Origin: Candidatus Hydrogenedentota bacterium
Lineage (GTDB): Bacteria; Hydrogenedentota; Hydrogenedentia; Hydrogenedentales; SLHB01
Direction of reading: 5' to 3'
Assembly (NCBI GenBank): GCA_963674865.2
Contig: CAXXYE010000009.1
Coordinates: 448,001-512,000, forward strand
Length of the DNA: 64,000 nt
The notes under the pieces were generated by a model. It saw nothing but the letters and a program-made list of their open reading frames with translations, searched no databases and was not told the origin of the DNA. Below are positions 30,105 through 39,949 of the stretch, piece by piece; the first letter of the stretch is position 1; the number at the start of each line of letters is the position of its first letter. Position numbers and translations under genes: made by a program.

Positions 30105-31258
30105 TATGCGCCATCCTGTATCACGTCCGCCGGGTCTTGGAGCAGCCCGCCCAGGACGGGCGGCAGGGCGAAGGCCGCCGCAATGAAGGGGGTTACGAAT
30201 AGGAGTGTGACGGCAAGTGCCTTGGGCGGCGACACCGGGAACTCAATGATCGAAGCGTGGGCCGCCACCGTGTAGCCGAGGGCGCAGCCCGCGGCGGCGC
30301 CGGCCAGGCTGTACACAAGGGTCTTGCCGACAAAAATCAGCGCGATCCGCCAGTCGGCTATGCCCAAAGCCCGCAGGACGCCTATCTCCTGGCGGCGATT
30401 GTGGACATTCTGGTAGGTGAGGCCCCATATGGCTGTTGCGGAGCCGGCCATGACAATGGCAAGCGCTATCAGTTCAAGGCGCGCTATGAATAGCCGCTGT
30501 TTCTGCCGCGCCAGAAGGATGGATTGATACGGGCGGACATCGACGTCGGGCAAGGTTTCGGTGATGCTTTTCTGCAACGCGGCGATAACGTCATCCACCA
30601 CGCCTTGGCAATGACAAGCCAAGGCGTCGACGGCGTTGATGCGGCCGGGTCGTCCTACCAGTTCCTGCACGTCATGAAGGTGAGCGAAAATGCGAATGTC
30701 CTCTGGGGGCGCGCCGACTTCATCCAGTACGCGGCCCACAGGAAAGCGCTTGCCGAGGATGTCAACCGAGTCGCCGGCGGCGACGCCGAGGGCGGGGGCC
30801 AATGCCGCGCCGAGGTAGACGGTTCCGCGCGGAACGTCATAGGCGGTAGGCATGGGCGTTTTCCTGGTGCCGGTCCGCGGTACTTCGGCGAGCACGCCGG
30901 TCAATACGGCGACATTGCCATCGAGCTGCACGGTCTTCTGATACTTCCCAACGAAGTGCTGGGCCAGAATCGCGCCGTTTTCGGCGAGGCGCTGGACGTA
31001 TTCTTCGGGCATGTCTTTGTCTTGGAAGTTCAACGCTTGGTACTGCGCTACATCGACGCCTTCGGGCGTGATGAGCAGGTTAAAGCCCATGCGCTTCATC
31101 ATGATGCGGGTGGCGTTGACGGAGGCCCGGGTGACGGAAACCATGCCGATGAGCAGGCCTGTCGCCAAGAGCACGACCGCGAAGCAAAGCGCCGTGTTGA
31201 TCTTGGCGCGCTGCATTTCGCGCATGATCAGGCGTGCCATGGATAGGCCGCGCGTCAT
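30104..31258 (-). CDS. ABC transporter permease (FtsX/MacB architecture)
   Basis: One N-terminal TM, a large periplasmic domain containing ALACHC, RRQEIGVLRALG and three C-terminal TMs. ATGA overlap with the upstream gene. Confidence 0.85.
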   Translation of the reverse strand: MTRGLSMARLIMREMQRAKINTALCFAVVLLATGLLIGMVSVTRASVNATRIMMKRMGFNLLITPEGVDVAQYQALNFQDKDMPEEYVQRLAENGAILAQHFVGKYQKTVQLDGNVAVLTGVLAEVPRTGTRKTPMPTAYDVPRGTVYLGAALAPALGVAAGDSVDILGKRFPVGRVLDEVGAPPEDIRIFAHLHDVQELVGRPGRINAVDALACHCQGVVDDVIAALQKSITETLPDVDVRPYQSILLARQKQRLFIARLELIALAIVMAGSATAIWGLTYQNVHNRRQEIGVLRALGIADWRIALIFVGKTLVYSLAGAAAGCALGYTVAAHASIIEFPVSPPKALAVTLLFVTPFIAAAFALPPVLGGLLQDPADVIQDGA

Positions 31259-32259
31259 CGGTCCTCCTGATTCCGGCCCGTCTTGGGGCCCCGCACGTAT
31301 AGCGTGAGCGATACTAGGGCGATCGTAGCGGCCACGGCGGCGAGGGTCAACAACGCCACCTGCGTCAGGGGCACATCGGCGCTTGCCTCGGCATCCATGC
31401 CCGCCGGGGCCTCGGACACCTCGGTGTTCGGCGCCAGGAGCGACGCGGCCTGAGCGGACCAATCGGGTTTCCAGATCATGGGTATGTCGACCCCGAGCCG
31501 CTCCGGGGATTGAAGACACGTGCAGGCCGTGCGCAGCGCGTCGAGAAGGGCGCTTACGCCGGCCTCGGTGATCTCCGGGCCGATGAGAGGCGGGGCCATC
31601 ATTCTTCCGTTGCCGAAGACGACGCCGGCCCAATCGGCGCCGGCCGGGTCGAGCCCGATAAATGACAGCAGGAGCCTCTCGCGCGGATCATCGCGGGCGA
31701 TGCGCACAATAGAGACGCCCGGGGGATACTCGCTGCTCCACTTCGCGGCGACCACGTCGAGGACCTCCCTCGGCCGGGCATGGTCCTCGGCGCCGGGCAC
31801 GTGGAGTAGGACGGCCCAGCAGTCGAGGACGCCACGGTGGATGGCCTCACGGGCGGGTGAGTGGGCCAACACCGATAACTCGGCGTCCGTGGGGGCGGGG
31901 TCCCAGTGATCGATAATGAATGCACGGCCTGAGGCCGTATCGCAACCGATGAGGGCGGTGACGGGCATTGTCGGCGGGGCTGAGGGAAGGCCGTAATCGG
32001 CCCAGTTGGTGTTGGGGTCGTCTGCCACGACCCACTCCAGTTGGACGTTGAAGTCCTTGCCCTCCGTGTCGAACCAGCGGGCCAGTCGCGCGAAGTGTTC
32101 CCGGCCCAGGGCATCGTTTTCGCGGGCGAACAGACACAGCCGATGGACATCGCGGGGCACGTTGAAGGCGGCCCCGCGGACATTGTCGTCGGTGCAGGCA
32201 AGTGCGGAGGACGCTGCAACCGTCGCGAGCACGGCCACCAGTACGAACTGGACGGCCAT
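31255..32259 (-). CDS. Exported Cys-containing protein with C-terminal membrane anchor
   Basis: Signal peptide ending ALA-C, CTC motif, hydrophobic C-terminal helix followed by basic residues. Its stop overlaps the permease start. Confidence 0.65.
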   Translation of the reverse strand: MAVQFVLVAVLATVAASSALACTDDNVRGAAFNVPRDVHRLCLFARENDALGREHFARLARWFDTEGKDFNVQLEWVVADDPNTNWADYGLPSAPPTMPVTALIGCDTASGRAFIIDHWDPAPTDAELSVLAHSPAREAIHRGVLDCWAVLLHVPGAEDHARPREVLDVVAAKWSSEYPPGVSIVRIARDDPRERLLLSFIGLDPAGADWAGVVFGNGRMMAPPLIGPEITEAGVSALLDALRTACTCLQSPERLGVDIPMIWKPDWSAQAASLLAPNTEVSEAPAGMDAEASADVPLTQVALLTLAAVAATIALVSLTLYVRGPKTGRNQEDR

Positions 32260-32417
32260 CGCGAGGTCGCCGCGAGGACGGTTGGCGTACGGGCAAACGA
32301 GCTGCGAAGCGTGTTCTTCCATGTCCACCAGTGTAGCGCGTTGCGCCCGGCGGCGAAAGGCGTGGAATGGGCCCGCATAAGCCGACGTGCTACGCCGCGG
32401 CGCCGGGCGGTTCTGCC

Positions 32418-33836
32418 TTACGGCATGAATCGACTGAGAAGCACGAGCAGAATCCAGGCCACGCAGCAGGCTACACCCGCCGACAGCAGGCCGACTTTGA
32501 GCCACTCCCAGAAGCGGATTTGCGAGCGATACTGCTTCTCGAGCATGCCCAGGGCGACGATGTTGGCTGTGCTGCCGATCATGGTGATATTGCCGCCGAT
32601 GCACGCCCCGAAGAGCAGCGCCCACCAGAGGGGCATCGCGTGGGCGGAGCCTCCGAGTTCGCGGATGACGGGGCAGAAGGCGGCCACGAAGACGACGTTG
32701 TCCACGAACGCGGAGCCGACGGCGGTGACGGCGATGATCGTCGGCACCAGGACGGCCGTGCTTGTTCCAAGACTTCGCTTGAAATGGCCGGCGAGCAGCG
32801 TGGTTACCTCCGTGTACTCGAGGGTGCCCGCGATGGCGAAGAGCAGCATGAAGAAGAGAAGCGTCCACCAGTCCACTTCCCGTTCGACATAATGGCGCGC
32901 GCGCTTGCGGCGCGCGATCATGACGATTCCCGAGCAGACGAGCGGCGCCACGAGCAGGATGCTGTTCTTGTCGAGGTCGAGTAAGTCTTCGAGGTAATGG
33001 TGAGACGCGATGAACAGGACGGTGACGATGAGCAGCGCCAGCCCGCGCTTATAGGGCACAGACACTTGCGGAACCAGGTTCAACTGCCGGTCCATGCGCT
33101 CCTTGAGCCGCTCGTCAAAGAGGCGCAATTCCTTCCTGAACCACAGAAGCGTCAGGGCGCCCGTCACCGCGAGCGCGATGAGCATGATGGGAAAGGCCCA
33201 GACGATGAAATCATGGAAGGTCAGGCCGGCCTGGGTGCCAATGTAGATGCCGACCGGATTCCCGAGCATCGTTCCGGCACTTCCCACGTTCGTGCACAGG
33301 ACGCATATGATTACGTAGGGAGTCGGGTTCAGTTTCAGGCGGTTGCACACCTGAAACACCAGCGTGGTGATGAAAATGATCGAGGTCACCTCGTCAACGG
33401 CACACGCCAGCAGGGCCGAGGCCATCGCCAAGGTGATGATGAATTTCCTGCCCGTCATCTTCGGCATGGAGACGATCATCTGGACAACCCAGGTGAAGAA
33501 GCCCAGGTCGCGCAGCGCCCCCACGACGATCATCATTCCCACCAGGAAGAGGATCACAGGCAAGGCTGCCGATTCGACGAAGTGCGGAATATTGAGCGAC
33601 TTGGTGAAGATCAGTACCGACAGGCCGAGGAAAGCGATGGCGAGGCGGAAATTCCAGAAGAACAGCGTGCCCAGGATGATCGCCAGAAACACCGACGAGG
33701 CAACCTGCTGATGGAATTCCAGCCCCCCCGCCTTTCCCAGGATCCCCACGGCGCCGCTGATGGCTAGGAGGGCCGCCAGGCGTTTTACAAGTTGCGGTGT
33801 GCTCAGTTCCGCGGAGCGCTCTTCATTGCCGGACAT
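32418..33836 (-). CDS. ArsB/NhaD/SLC13 (ion transporter superfamily) permease
   Basis: Many TMs; LFLVGMM, DEVTS, TNVGSAGTMLGNP, VDNV, GGNITMIGSTANIV. Confidence 0.87.
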   Translation of the reverse strand: MSGNEERSAELSTPQLVKRLAALLAISGAVGILGKAGGLEFHQQVASSVFLAIILGTLFFWNFRLAIAFLGLSVLIFTKSLNIPHFVESAALPVILFLVGMMIVVGALRDLGFFTWVVQMIVSMPKMTGRKFIITLAMASALLACAVDEVTSIIFITTLVFQVCNRLKLNPTPYVIICVLCTNVGSAGTMLGNPVGIYIGTQAGLTFHDFIVWAFPIMLIALAVTGALTLLWFRKELRLFDERLKERMDRQLNLVPQVSVPYKRGLALLIVTVLFIASHHYLEDLLDLDKNSILLVAPLVCSGIVMIARRKRARHYVEREVDWWTLLFFMLLFAIAGTLEYTEVTTLLAGHFKRSLGTSTAVLVPTIIAVTAVGSAFVDNVVFVAAFCPVIRELGGSAHAMPLWWALLFGACIGGNITMIGSTANIVALGMLEKQYRSQIRFWEWLKVGLLSAGVACCVAWILLVLLSRFMP

Positions 33837-33968
33837 TACGTACCCCTAGGAATCCGGCCTGAAAGCGCGGTTTCTGATAGGGCGCGGCCCGAAAGCGGTT
33901 GTAAGTCCTTTTGCGGCAACACCCAAAACGTTCAGTCTCCATTATTCGGTGGCTTTCCGGCCGCACCC

Positions 33969-34892
33969 CTACGCCCAGAACAGCTTCGCGATGAACGCGC
34001 CGACATCCACCGCGCCCAGGAGTTTTCGCCCCTCCACGACAAGGATCTGGCGCACATCCTGCGTCAGAAACGTTTTCGCCAATTGGATCGCCGGCACGTC
34101 CGGCCCCACCGATACATAGTCATCCTTCATGAAATCCGCCACCTTGCTTTCCTGATCCCGTCGCAAGAGATCCGCGAAGGGTTCGAAGCGCAGGATGGGG
34201 GACAAGTCGTGCATCCATAGCAAGTGCTCCGGCAGGCTGAGCCGCAGCAGATCCTCGATGGAGATCGTGCCGCGCACGTCGCCGTCATCATCTACGACGG
34301 GGATATCCAGCACGTGCCGCGTGCAGAAGATATCGATGGTTTTCTTCAGGTTATCCTGCTCGAGGAGCGTCACCGGACGCACGTCCATCAAGTTGCTTGC
34401 CTTCAGGTACGGCGGCAGCGCCACCGGGCGCTCGGAAAAGAAGTCGAAAACCTCTTCCGGCGCCTCCGCACCGGCCAACCTGTCGAGCGCTCCTTCCGCG
34501 CCCAGTTCCCGCGTCAGGGCCGCCAAGGCCTGCAGGTACAGGCCCGGATCATCCTTCGGCGTCAAGATGACGATGACGACGTGCACCAGGCCCCGTTCCT
34601 CGACGGGAAATGTGACGCCTTTCGGCGCAATGCCGATGGCCACGAGAAGCCGCTTCAGGTTGTCTACGCGGGCATGGGGCAGCGCCAGGCGCGGCGCAAT
34701 CACCGTCGAAGACGCCGCCTCACGCTGGAGGCAGGCCGCCAGGACACGCTCCTCGTCGAAGTTGTTCTCGTTCTTGTGAAGGAGCTCGACGAGTTGGCCG
34801 ATGGCCTCTTTCCAAGAGAGGGCCGCCGGGTAACATAGGATGTTCTCCGCCTTGAGGAAGTCGGAGAACCGGCGTTTGTCTTGGGCTCCCAT
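33969..34892 (-). CDS. PTS EIIA (Fru/Ntr-type) domain fused to a CBS pair
   Basis: LQRE..SST.I...LALPHAR with the phospho-His intact, followed by tandem CBS motifs (IPVVDDDG..RGTI; ILVVE..KLLGAV). Confidence 0.85.
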   Translation of the reverse strand: MGAQDKRRFSDFLKAENILCYPAALSWKEAIGQLVELLHKNENNFDEERVLAACLQREAASSTVIAPRLALPHARVDNLKRLLVAIGIAPKGVTFPVEERGLVHVVIVILTPKDDPGLYLQALAALTRELGAEGALDRLAGAEAPEEVFDFFSERPVALPPYLKASNLMDVRPVTLLEQDNLKKTIDIFCTRHVLDIPVVDDDGDVRGTISIEDLLRLSLPEHLLWMHDLSPILRFEPFADLLRRDQESKVADFMKDDYVSVGPDVPAIQLAKTFLTQDVRQILVVEGRKLLGAVDVGAFIAKLFWA

Positions 34893-35015
34893 CCTGAGTC
34901 TCCTTCGCAGGGCTGCATAGGCTGGCGACGCCGCAGCATAGCGCCGACGCCCTGTCGGTTCAAACGCTCAGGTGTATAATCAGGCTAATGCCAGCCCGCC
35001 GAAAGGGAACGAGCC

Positions 35016-36554
35016 ATGTGCAATTTACCAAGCCAGCCAAGAGGTGATGCCGGCGAAGACTACGCCCTGATCTCGTCCGTGGTATTTCCGCTCTTCCTTG
35101 TCTTGGGACAGGTGTTGTGCATCCAAGCCGCCGGGGCTGAAGCCGGTTGTTCTCTGAACGTTGAGCCCGGCGTGCGCCAGCTCTTCCTGGATGATGCCGG
35201 CATTGCGGAGATGGAGGGACTGGTGCGCGTGGTGCATCCGCCCGCGCGGCATCCCCGGAACCCCGTGCTCGTGCCGGACACGCCGTGGGAGAGCCGCTGC
35301 CAAGTCTACGGCACGGCGTACTACGATGAGGCCGCGGGCCTGTTCAAGCTCTGGTATCTCACAACGCCCCGGGACAGGGGCAGCAAACCGCTCATTGTCG
35401 GGGAGCATGAGCGCGCCCCTCATACGACGCTGGCGGCGTATGCCCAGTCCGAGGACGGGCTTGCCTGGGCCAAGCCGGAGCTGGGCATTTTTCCCTACGA
35501 CGGGGATACCGCCAACAATCTCCTGGGCATCGGCGAGTACAACTGCGAGGGCATCTCCGTGCTCCACGAGCCGGGCGACCCCGATCCCGCGCGGCGATGG
35601 AAGGCCGTCTACTGGGATCACGGCTCGGGTGGCTGGGAGATGAGGGAGAATGGCCCTTACGCGGAGGATGGGCCGGAGGACGGCTTCTACGTCGCCTTTT
35701 CGCCCGACGGACTCCACTGGACGCCCTATGAGGGCAATCCCGTCATCAAGGCCTACTGCGACACCAACCAGAATGTGCTTTACGACGCTAGGCTGGAGAA
35801 GTACGTTGCCTTCTCGCGGTTCGGCTTCGGTCGGAAGCTGGCCCGGAGCGAGAGTCCGGACTTCATTCACTGGACGCCGCCGGAGGTCGTCCTGGAATGC
35901 GATGAGCGCGATGGCCCCCAGACGCAGATCTACGGGGCTGGCGTCGATCTGTACGAGGGCGTCTACCTGGCCATGATCTGGATCTACCGCGAAGGCGGCG
36001 ACAAACGGATCGACACCCAACTTGCCACCAGCCGGGACGGCATCCACTGGACGCGCGTAGGCGAGCGGGCCACCTGGTTGGCCCTCGGCGGCATGGATTC
36101 CTGGGAAGCCGGCATGGCGCGGAGCACAGAACGCATCATCCGCCGCGGCGACAGGCTGTATGTCTATTACTGCGGCGTCCCCGTGCCGCATGTTCGCGGC
36201 CTGGCCAGTAAGCACCGAATTTCCTCGATCGGCCTCCTCACGCTTCGCCGTGACGGCTTCGTGTCGCTTCGGCCCGAGGGGAAGAAGGGCGTGCTGTTGA
36301 CGCGGCCATTCATCCTTCCGGATGGCGATCTACACCTCAACGCCGATGCGCGGGGCGGCGCCGTCACCGTCGCCCTGTGCTCCGCGGACGCCACGCCCGT
36401 GGGCGGCTTGGAGCGCTCGAGTCCTATCTTTGGCGATGTTCTGAACGGCGTTGTCCACTGGGGGCGGCCCATCCCCGGCGGCCTGCGAGGGAAGTCGGTA
36501 CGGCTGCGATTCTATATCAAGCGCACCGATCTGTACGCCTACTGGTGGGAGTAG
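35016..36554 (+). CDS. Secreted five-bladed beta-propeller glycosidase-like protein (GH32/GH43/GH130-like)
   Basis: RQLFLDD, HPRNPVL, repeated S.DG..W motifs, LRRDGFVS C-terminal domain. Confidence 0.7.
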   Translation: MCNLPSQPRGDAGEDYALISSVVFPLFLVLGQVLCIQAAGAEAGCSLNVEPGVRQLFLDDAGIAEMEGLVRVVHPPARHPRNPVLVPDTPWESRCQVYGTAYYDEAAGLFKLWYLTTPRDRGSKPLIVGEHERAPHTTLAAYAQSEDGLAWAKPELGIFPYDGDTANNLLGIGEYNCEGISVLHEPGDPDPARRWKAVYWDHGSGGWEMRENGPYAEDGPEDGFYVAFSPDGLHWTPYEGNPVIKAYCDTNQNVLYDARLEKYVAFSRFGFGRKLARSESPDFIHWTPPEVVLECDERDGPQTQIYGAGVDLYEGVYLAMIWIYREGGDKRIDTQLATSRDGIHWTRVGERATWLALGGMDSWEAGMARSTERIIRRGDRLYVYYCGVPVPHVRGLASKHRISSIGLLTLRRDGFVSLRPEGKKGVLLTRPFILPDGDLHLNADARGGAVTVALCSADATPVGGLERSSPIFGDVLNGVVHWGRPIPGGLRGKSVRLRFYIKRTDLYAYWWE

Positions 36555-36906
36555 GCTCACCGCCGAAGTTGGCGATGCTCAAATTCGAGCCGTCTCGTTG
36601 TCTCGTAACGCTATAGGGCGCAGTGTCTTGTGGGCATTTGAGGTGGCGCTGCTCGGGCACTCACAAATGGCGCAGCTCCCCCAATACTTGCCCGGCCGCC
36701 GCTACGAGGCGTGTCGGAGGATGGGGCGCGCGACCTCTCGCGGTTTGAACGTCTGAGCGCGCCGGTGCTATACTTCACCTCCCTTCGGGGCAGAACCGGA
36801 AGGGTTGACGCGGAGAGGGGCTATCTAGTTCAATTCGCTACCAGTCCGAGTATTCCAGCGGCCATCCGCTGCCGACACAAACACACGAAAACGGAGGAAA
36901 GGTATA

Positions 36907-37491
36907 GTGAAACCGCGCGCAAGAGCATTGTTCGTGCTGTCGTTGATCGCTTCGGCCGGCGTGGGGGCATTCCTGGGGTCCGCGAGTGTGCAGGGGGTTG
37001 CCGCGCAAGAGGTCGATAACACGTACAAGATCGGGATCGTCGACCTGCAGGCCGTCATGGACGGGTACAACAAGTCCAAGGAAGAGATCAAGAAGCTTGA
37101 GGCCGAATTCGAGGGTGTTCAGGGCAAACTCGACAAGATGAGAGACGAGTTCACCAGCGAAAAAGAGAAGTACCAGGAGAAGCGCGACACACTTTCCCCT
37201 GAGGAACAGGCCAAACGCGAGGAGGAGCTGGATAACCAGCTTCTTGAACTGCGCACCGAGTACCAGCGGGCCGATGCGGACCTCGAACGCACGCGGGCTC
37301 GCCTGAAGAAGCGCCTTCTAGCGGATATGGTGAAGGCTATCGACGAAATCGGCGCCCAGGAGAACTATCATATGATCCTGGAGGCCGATCCCGAGACGCG
37401 GACGGGCGTACTGTACTTCACCTCGAGAATCAACATGACTCAGAAAGTGATTGACCATTTGAACGTTCAGCTTGCCAAGGATGCCTCATGA
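36907..37491 (+). CDS. skp: Periplasmic chaperone Skp/OmpH
   Basis: Signal peptide, KIGIVDLQ, coiled coil, INMTQKVI. Adjacent to lpxD. Confidence 0.85.
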   Translation: MKPRARALFVLSLIASAGVGAFLGSASVQGVAAQEVDNTYKIGIVDLQAVMDGYNKSKEEIKKLEAEFEGVQGKLDKMRDEFTSEKEKYQEKRDTLSPEEQAKREEELDNQLLELRTEYQRADADLERTRARLKKRLLADMVKAIDEIGAQENYHMILEADPETRTGVLYFTSRINMTQKVIDHLNVQLAKDAS

Positions 37492-37535
37492 CGCGTCCTG
37501 AGTGGGCTCGATAGTCAGCGGATCTTCTGAAGGCT

Positions 37536-38588
37536 ATGGAAACATCCCTCGGGGAGATAGCCAAGCTTGTCGACGGCGCCGTGATCGGGGATGCCGAGAC
37601 GCGCATCACGGGCTTCAACAGCATCCGGCAGGCGGAAACGGGCGAACTTACCTTCGTCGCTCATGAGCGGTATATCCCCCTCATGGCGGCCACGAGGGCC
37701 TCGGCCATTCTCGTCCCCCGCAATATCGCCGAGGGCGCCAAGCCGTTGGTGCAGGTTGACAGTCCCTATGAGGCGTTTCTGAGACTTATCCAGCACTTGC
37801 GCCCCCCCAAGATGAGCCTGCCGAAGGGCATCCACCCCACGGCCATGGTAGCCGCCTCCGCCGAGATTGGGCCCGACGCCGCGCTGGGGCCGCATGTTGT
37901 CGTTAGCGACGGCGCGCGCATTGGGGCGGGGACCATTGTCTGCGCGGGTTGCTACATCGGCCGCGACACGTCCATCGGTGAAGCCACTCTCGTCTATCCA
38001 AACGTCAGCATCCGCGAGGAGGTCACCGTCGGGGCGCGGTGCATCATCCACAGCGGGGCCGTGATCGGCAGCGACGGCTTCGGGTTCGCCAGCCGCGACG
38101 GCGTGCATGTCAAGATTCCCCAGACGGGAACCGTGGTGATTGGCGATGATGTCGAGATTGGGGCCAACTCGGCTGTCGATCGCGCTACCTTCGGCGCTAC
38201 CCGCATCGGTTCCGGCACGAAAATTGACAATCTTGTCCAGATCGGGCACAATGTCGTGCTCGGAGAACACTGTATTGTGTGTGGTACGTCCGGGATCGCA
38301 GGCAGCGCGGTCATTGAGGATCACGTCACTATTGGCGCTCAAGCGGGTATTAATGGGCATATCGAAATCGGCAGGGGTGTTACGGTTGGCGCCCGTAGCG
38401 GCGTAACGAAGTCCGTTAAACCGGGCCAGGTCGTTTCGGGTTTTCCCGCAACCGACCACAACAGGGAGAAGCGTATCCTGGCGAGTCTACGGCACTTGCC
38501 GGAGTATGCCCGTCGTATTCGCCAACTCGAGCGCCGTATCCAGGAATTGGAAGAGTTACTGCATGGAAAAGCAGCAGACAATAGCTAA
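37536..38588 (+). CDS. lpxD: UDP-3-O-(3-hydroxyacyl)glucosamine N-acyltransferase
   Basis: Hexapeptide repeats, GSDGFGF, KIPQ.G.V, KIDNLVQIGHN. Confidence 0.95.
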   Translation: METSLGEIAKLVDGAVIGDAETRITGFNSIRQAETGELTFVAHERYIPLMAATRASAILVPRNIAEGAKPLVQVDSPYEAFLRLIQHLRPPKMSLPKGIHPTAMVAASAEIGPDAALGPHVVVSDGARIGAGTIVCAGCYIGRDTSIGEATLVYPNVSIREEVTVGARCIIHSGAVIGSDGFGFASRDGVHVKIPQTGTVVIGDDVEIGANSAVDRATFGATRIGSGTKIDNLVQIGHNVVLGEHCIVCGTSGIAGSAVIEDHVTIGAQAGINGHIEIGRGVTVGARSGVTKSVKPGQVVSGFPATDHNREKRILASLRHLPEYARRIRQLERRIQELEELLHGKAADNS

Positions 38589-39888
38589 TGAGTGTTCGTT
38601 TTCAGGTATCGGCCTTCACACAGGCAACCTGACCTCGATTACCTTCAAGCCGGCGCCGGCGAACAGCGGCGTCACTTTTTATCGGGTGGACCTGCCCGAC
38701 CGGCCCGCCATCAAGGCGGATATCGACAATGTCGTCGATGTTCGCTATGCGGTTACTCTGGGCGTCAACGGCGTCACCGTGAGCACCGTCGAGCATGTCC
38801 TGGCGACGCTGGTAGGCCTTGGCATCGATAACGTGGCCATTGAGGTGGACGCTAACGAAACGCCCGTCGGCGACGGCAGCGCCCTTCCGTTTGCCAACGC
38901 TTTGAAGAAAGCGGGCACGGTTGAACAGGACGCCGAGCGCGAGTACATCAAGATTAAGCAGCCCGTCTACTATAAGGATGGGGACGTGGCGCTGAGTGTG
39001 TTGCCCTCGGAGGAATTGCGTCTCACGATCACGAGCGCGTATGACCACGCGGCGGTTGGGACGCAGTACGCCTCCTATACCATTACGCCTGAGGTCTTCG
39101 AGCGCGAGATCGCCCCCGCGCGCACCTTCACGTTCCTGAGCGAGGTCAAGATGCTTCAGGAGAAGGGGCTCATCAAGGGGGGCAGCCTTGAAAACGCCAT
39201 CGTGGTCGGGGACGACAACATCCTGAACGACAGTCTGCGGTATCCGGATGAGATGGTGCGCCACAAGGTCCTGGATCTGTTGGGCGACATGTTCCTTCTC
39301 GGGCGCAGGGTCAAAGGCCACGTGATTGGGGTGAAATGCGGCCATGCCAGCCACGTCAAGTTCTCGAAGAAGATTAAGCAGAGCCTGAATAACGGGCATC
39401 CCCGGCCGGAGAATAATCGCAAATCCCGTGGCGGCAGCAGCATCAGTCCCGCGCTCGACGTGAACATGATCATGAAGGTCCTGCCGCACCGATATCCCTT
39501 CCTGCTCGTAGATCGGATTCTCTCTTACCAATCCAAAGAGCGGGTCGTGGGGATCAAGAACGTTACCGTCAATGAGCCCTTCTTCCAGGGGCACTGGCCC
39601 AATATGCCGGTAATGCCCGGGGTGCTGATTATCGAGGTCATGGCGCAGGTGAGTTCCGTCCTGGCCTTTGGTGACGGTAGCGAGCGGCCCGAGGCGTTGG
39701 CCTTCTTCCTGGGAATCGAGAAAGCCAGGTTCCGGCGGACAGTCGTGCCCGGAGATCAGTTGGTCATCGAGTCCAAGATGCTGCACCTTCGGCGTAATGC
39801 ATGTAAGGTGCATGCCGTGGCGCGCGTTGAAGGTGATATTGCCGCCGAGGCCACGATGTTCTTCGGATTAATGGGCGCCCCGGAATAA
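38563..39888 (+). CDS. lpxC-fabZ: Bifunctional LpxC / FabZ fusion
   Basis: LpxC motifs GIGLHTG, TVEHVLA, IAPARTF, RHKVLDLLGD. FabZ motifs LPHRYPFLLVD, NEPFFQGH, PGVLIIE. Confidence 0.93.
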   Translation: MEKQQTIANECSFSGIGLHTGNLTSITFKPAPANSGVTFYRVDLPDRPAIKADIDNVVDVRYAVTLGVNGVTVSTVEHVLATLVGLGIDNVAIEVDANETPVGDGSALPFANALKKAGTVEQDAEREYIKIKQPVYYKDGDVALSVLPSEELRLTITSAYDHAAVGTQYASYTITPEVFEREIAPARTFTFLSEVKMLQEKGLIKGGSLENAIVVGDDNILNDSLRYPDEMVRHKVLDLLGDMFLLGRRVKGHVIGVKCGHASHVKFSKKIKQSLNNGHPRPENNRKSRGGSSISPALDVNMIMKVLPHRYPFLLVDRILSYQSKERVVGIKNVTVNEPFFQGHWPNMPVMPGVLIIEVMAQVSSVLAFGDGSERPEALAFFLGIEKARFRRTVVPGDQLVIESKMLHLRRNACKVHAVARVEGDIAAEATMFFGLMGAPE

Positions 39889-39949
39889 GCGACCATATCT
39901 TCCCCTACACCGCTCCCCCCTTTTTTCGCGGCAGTCGTGCTGTCGGGAT

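Noticed and set aside
30104..32868. Extended N-termini of ORF-track calls 30104..31633 and 31255..32868 (also 14782..16284, 43980..46757, 46360..47958, 54166..55656)
   Set aside because: The extensions overlap neighbouring genes or intergenic DNA. Downstream starts with an RBS, signal peptide or coupling overlap fit better.
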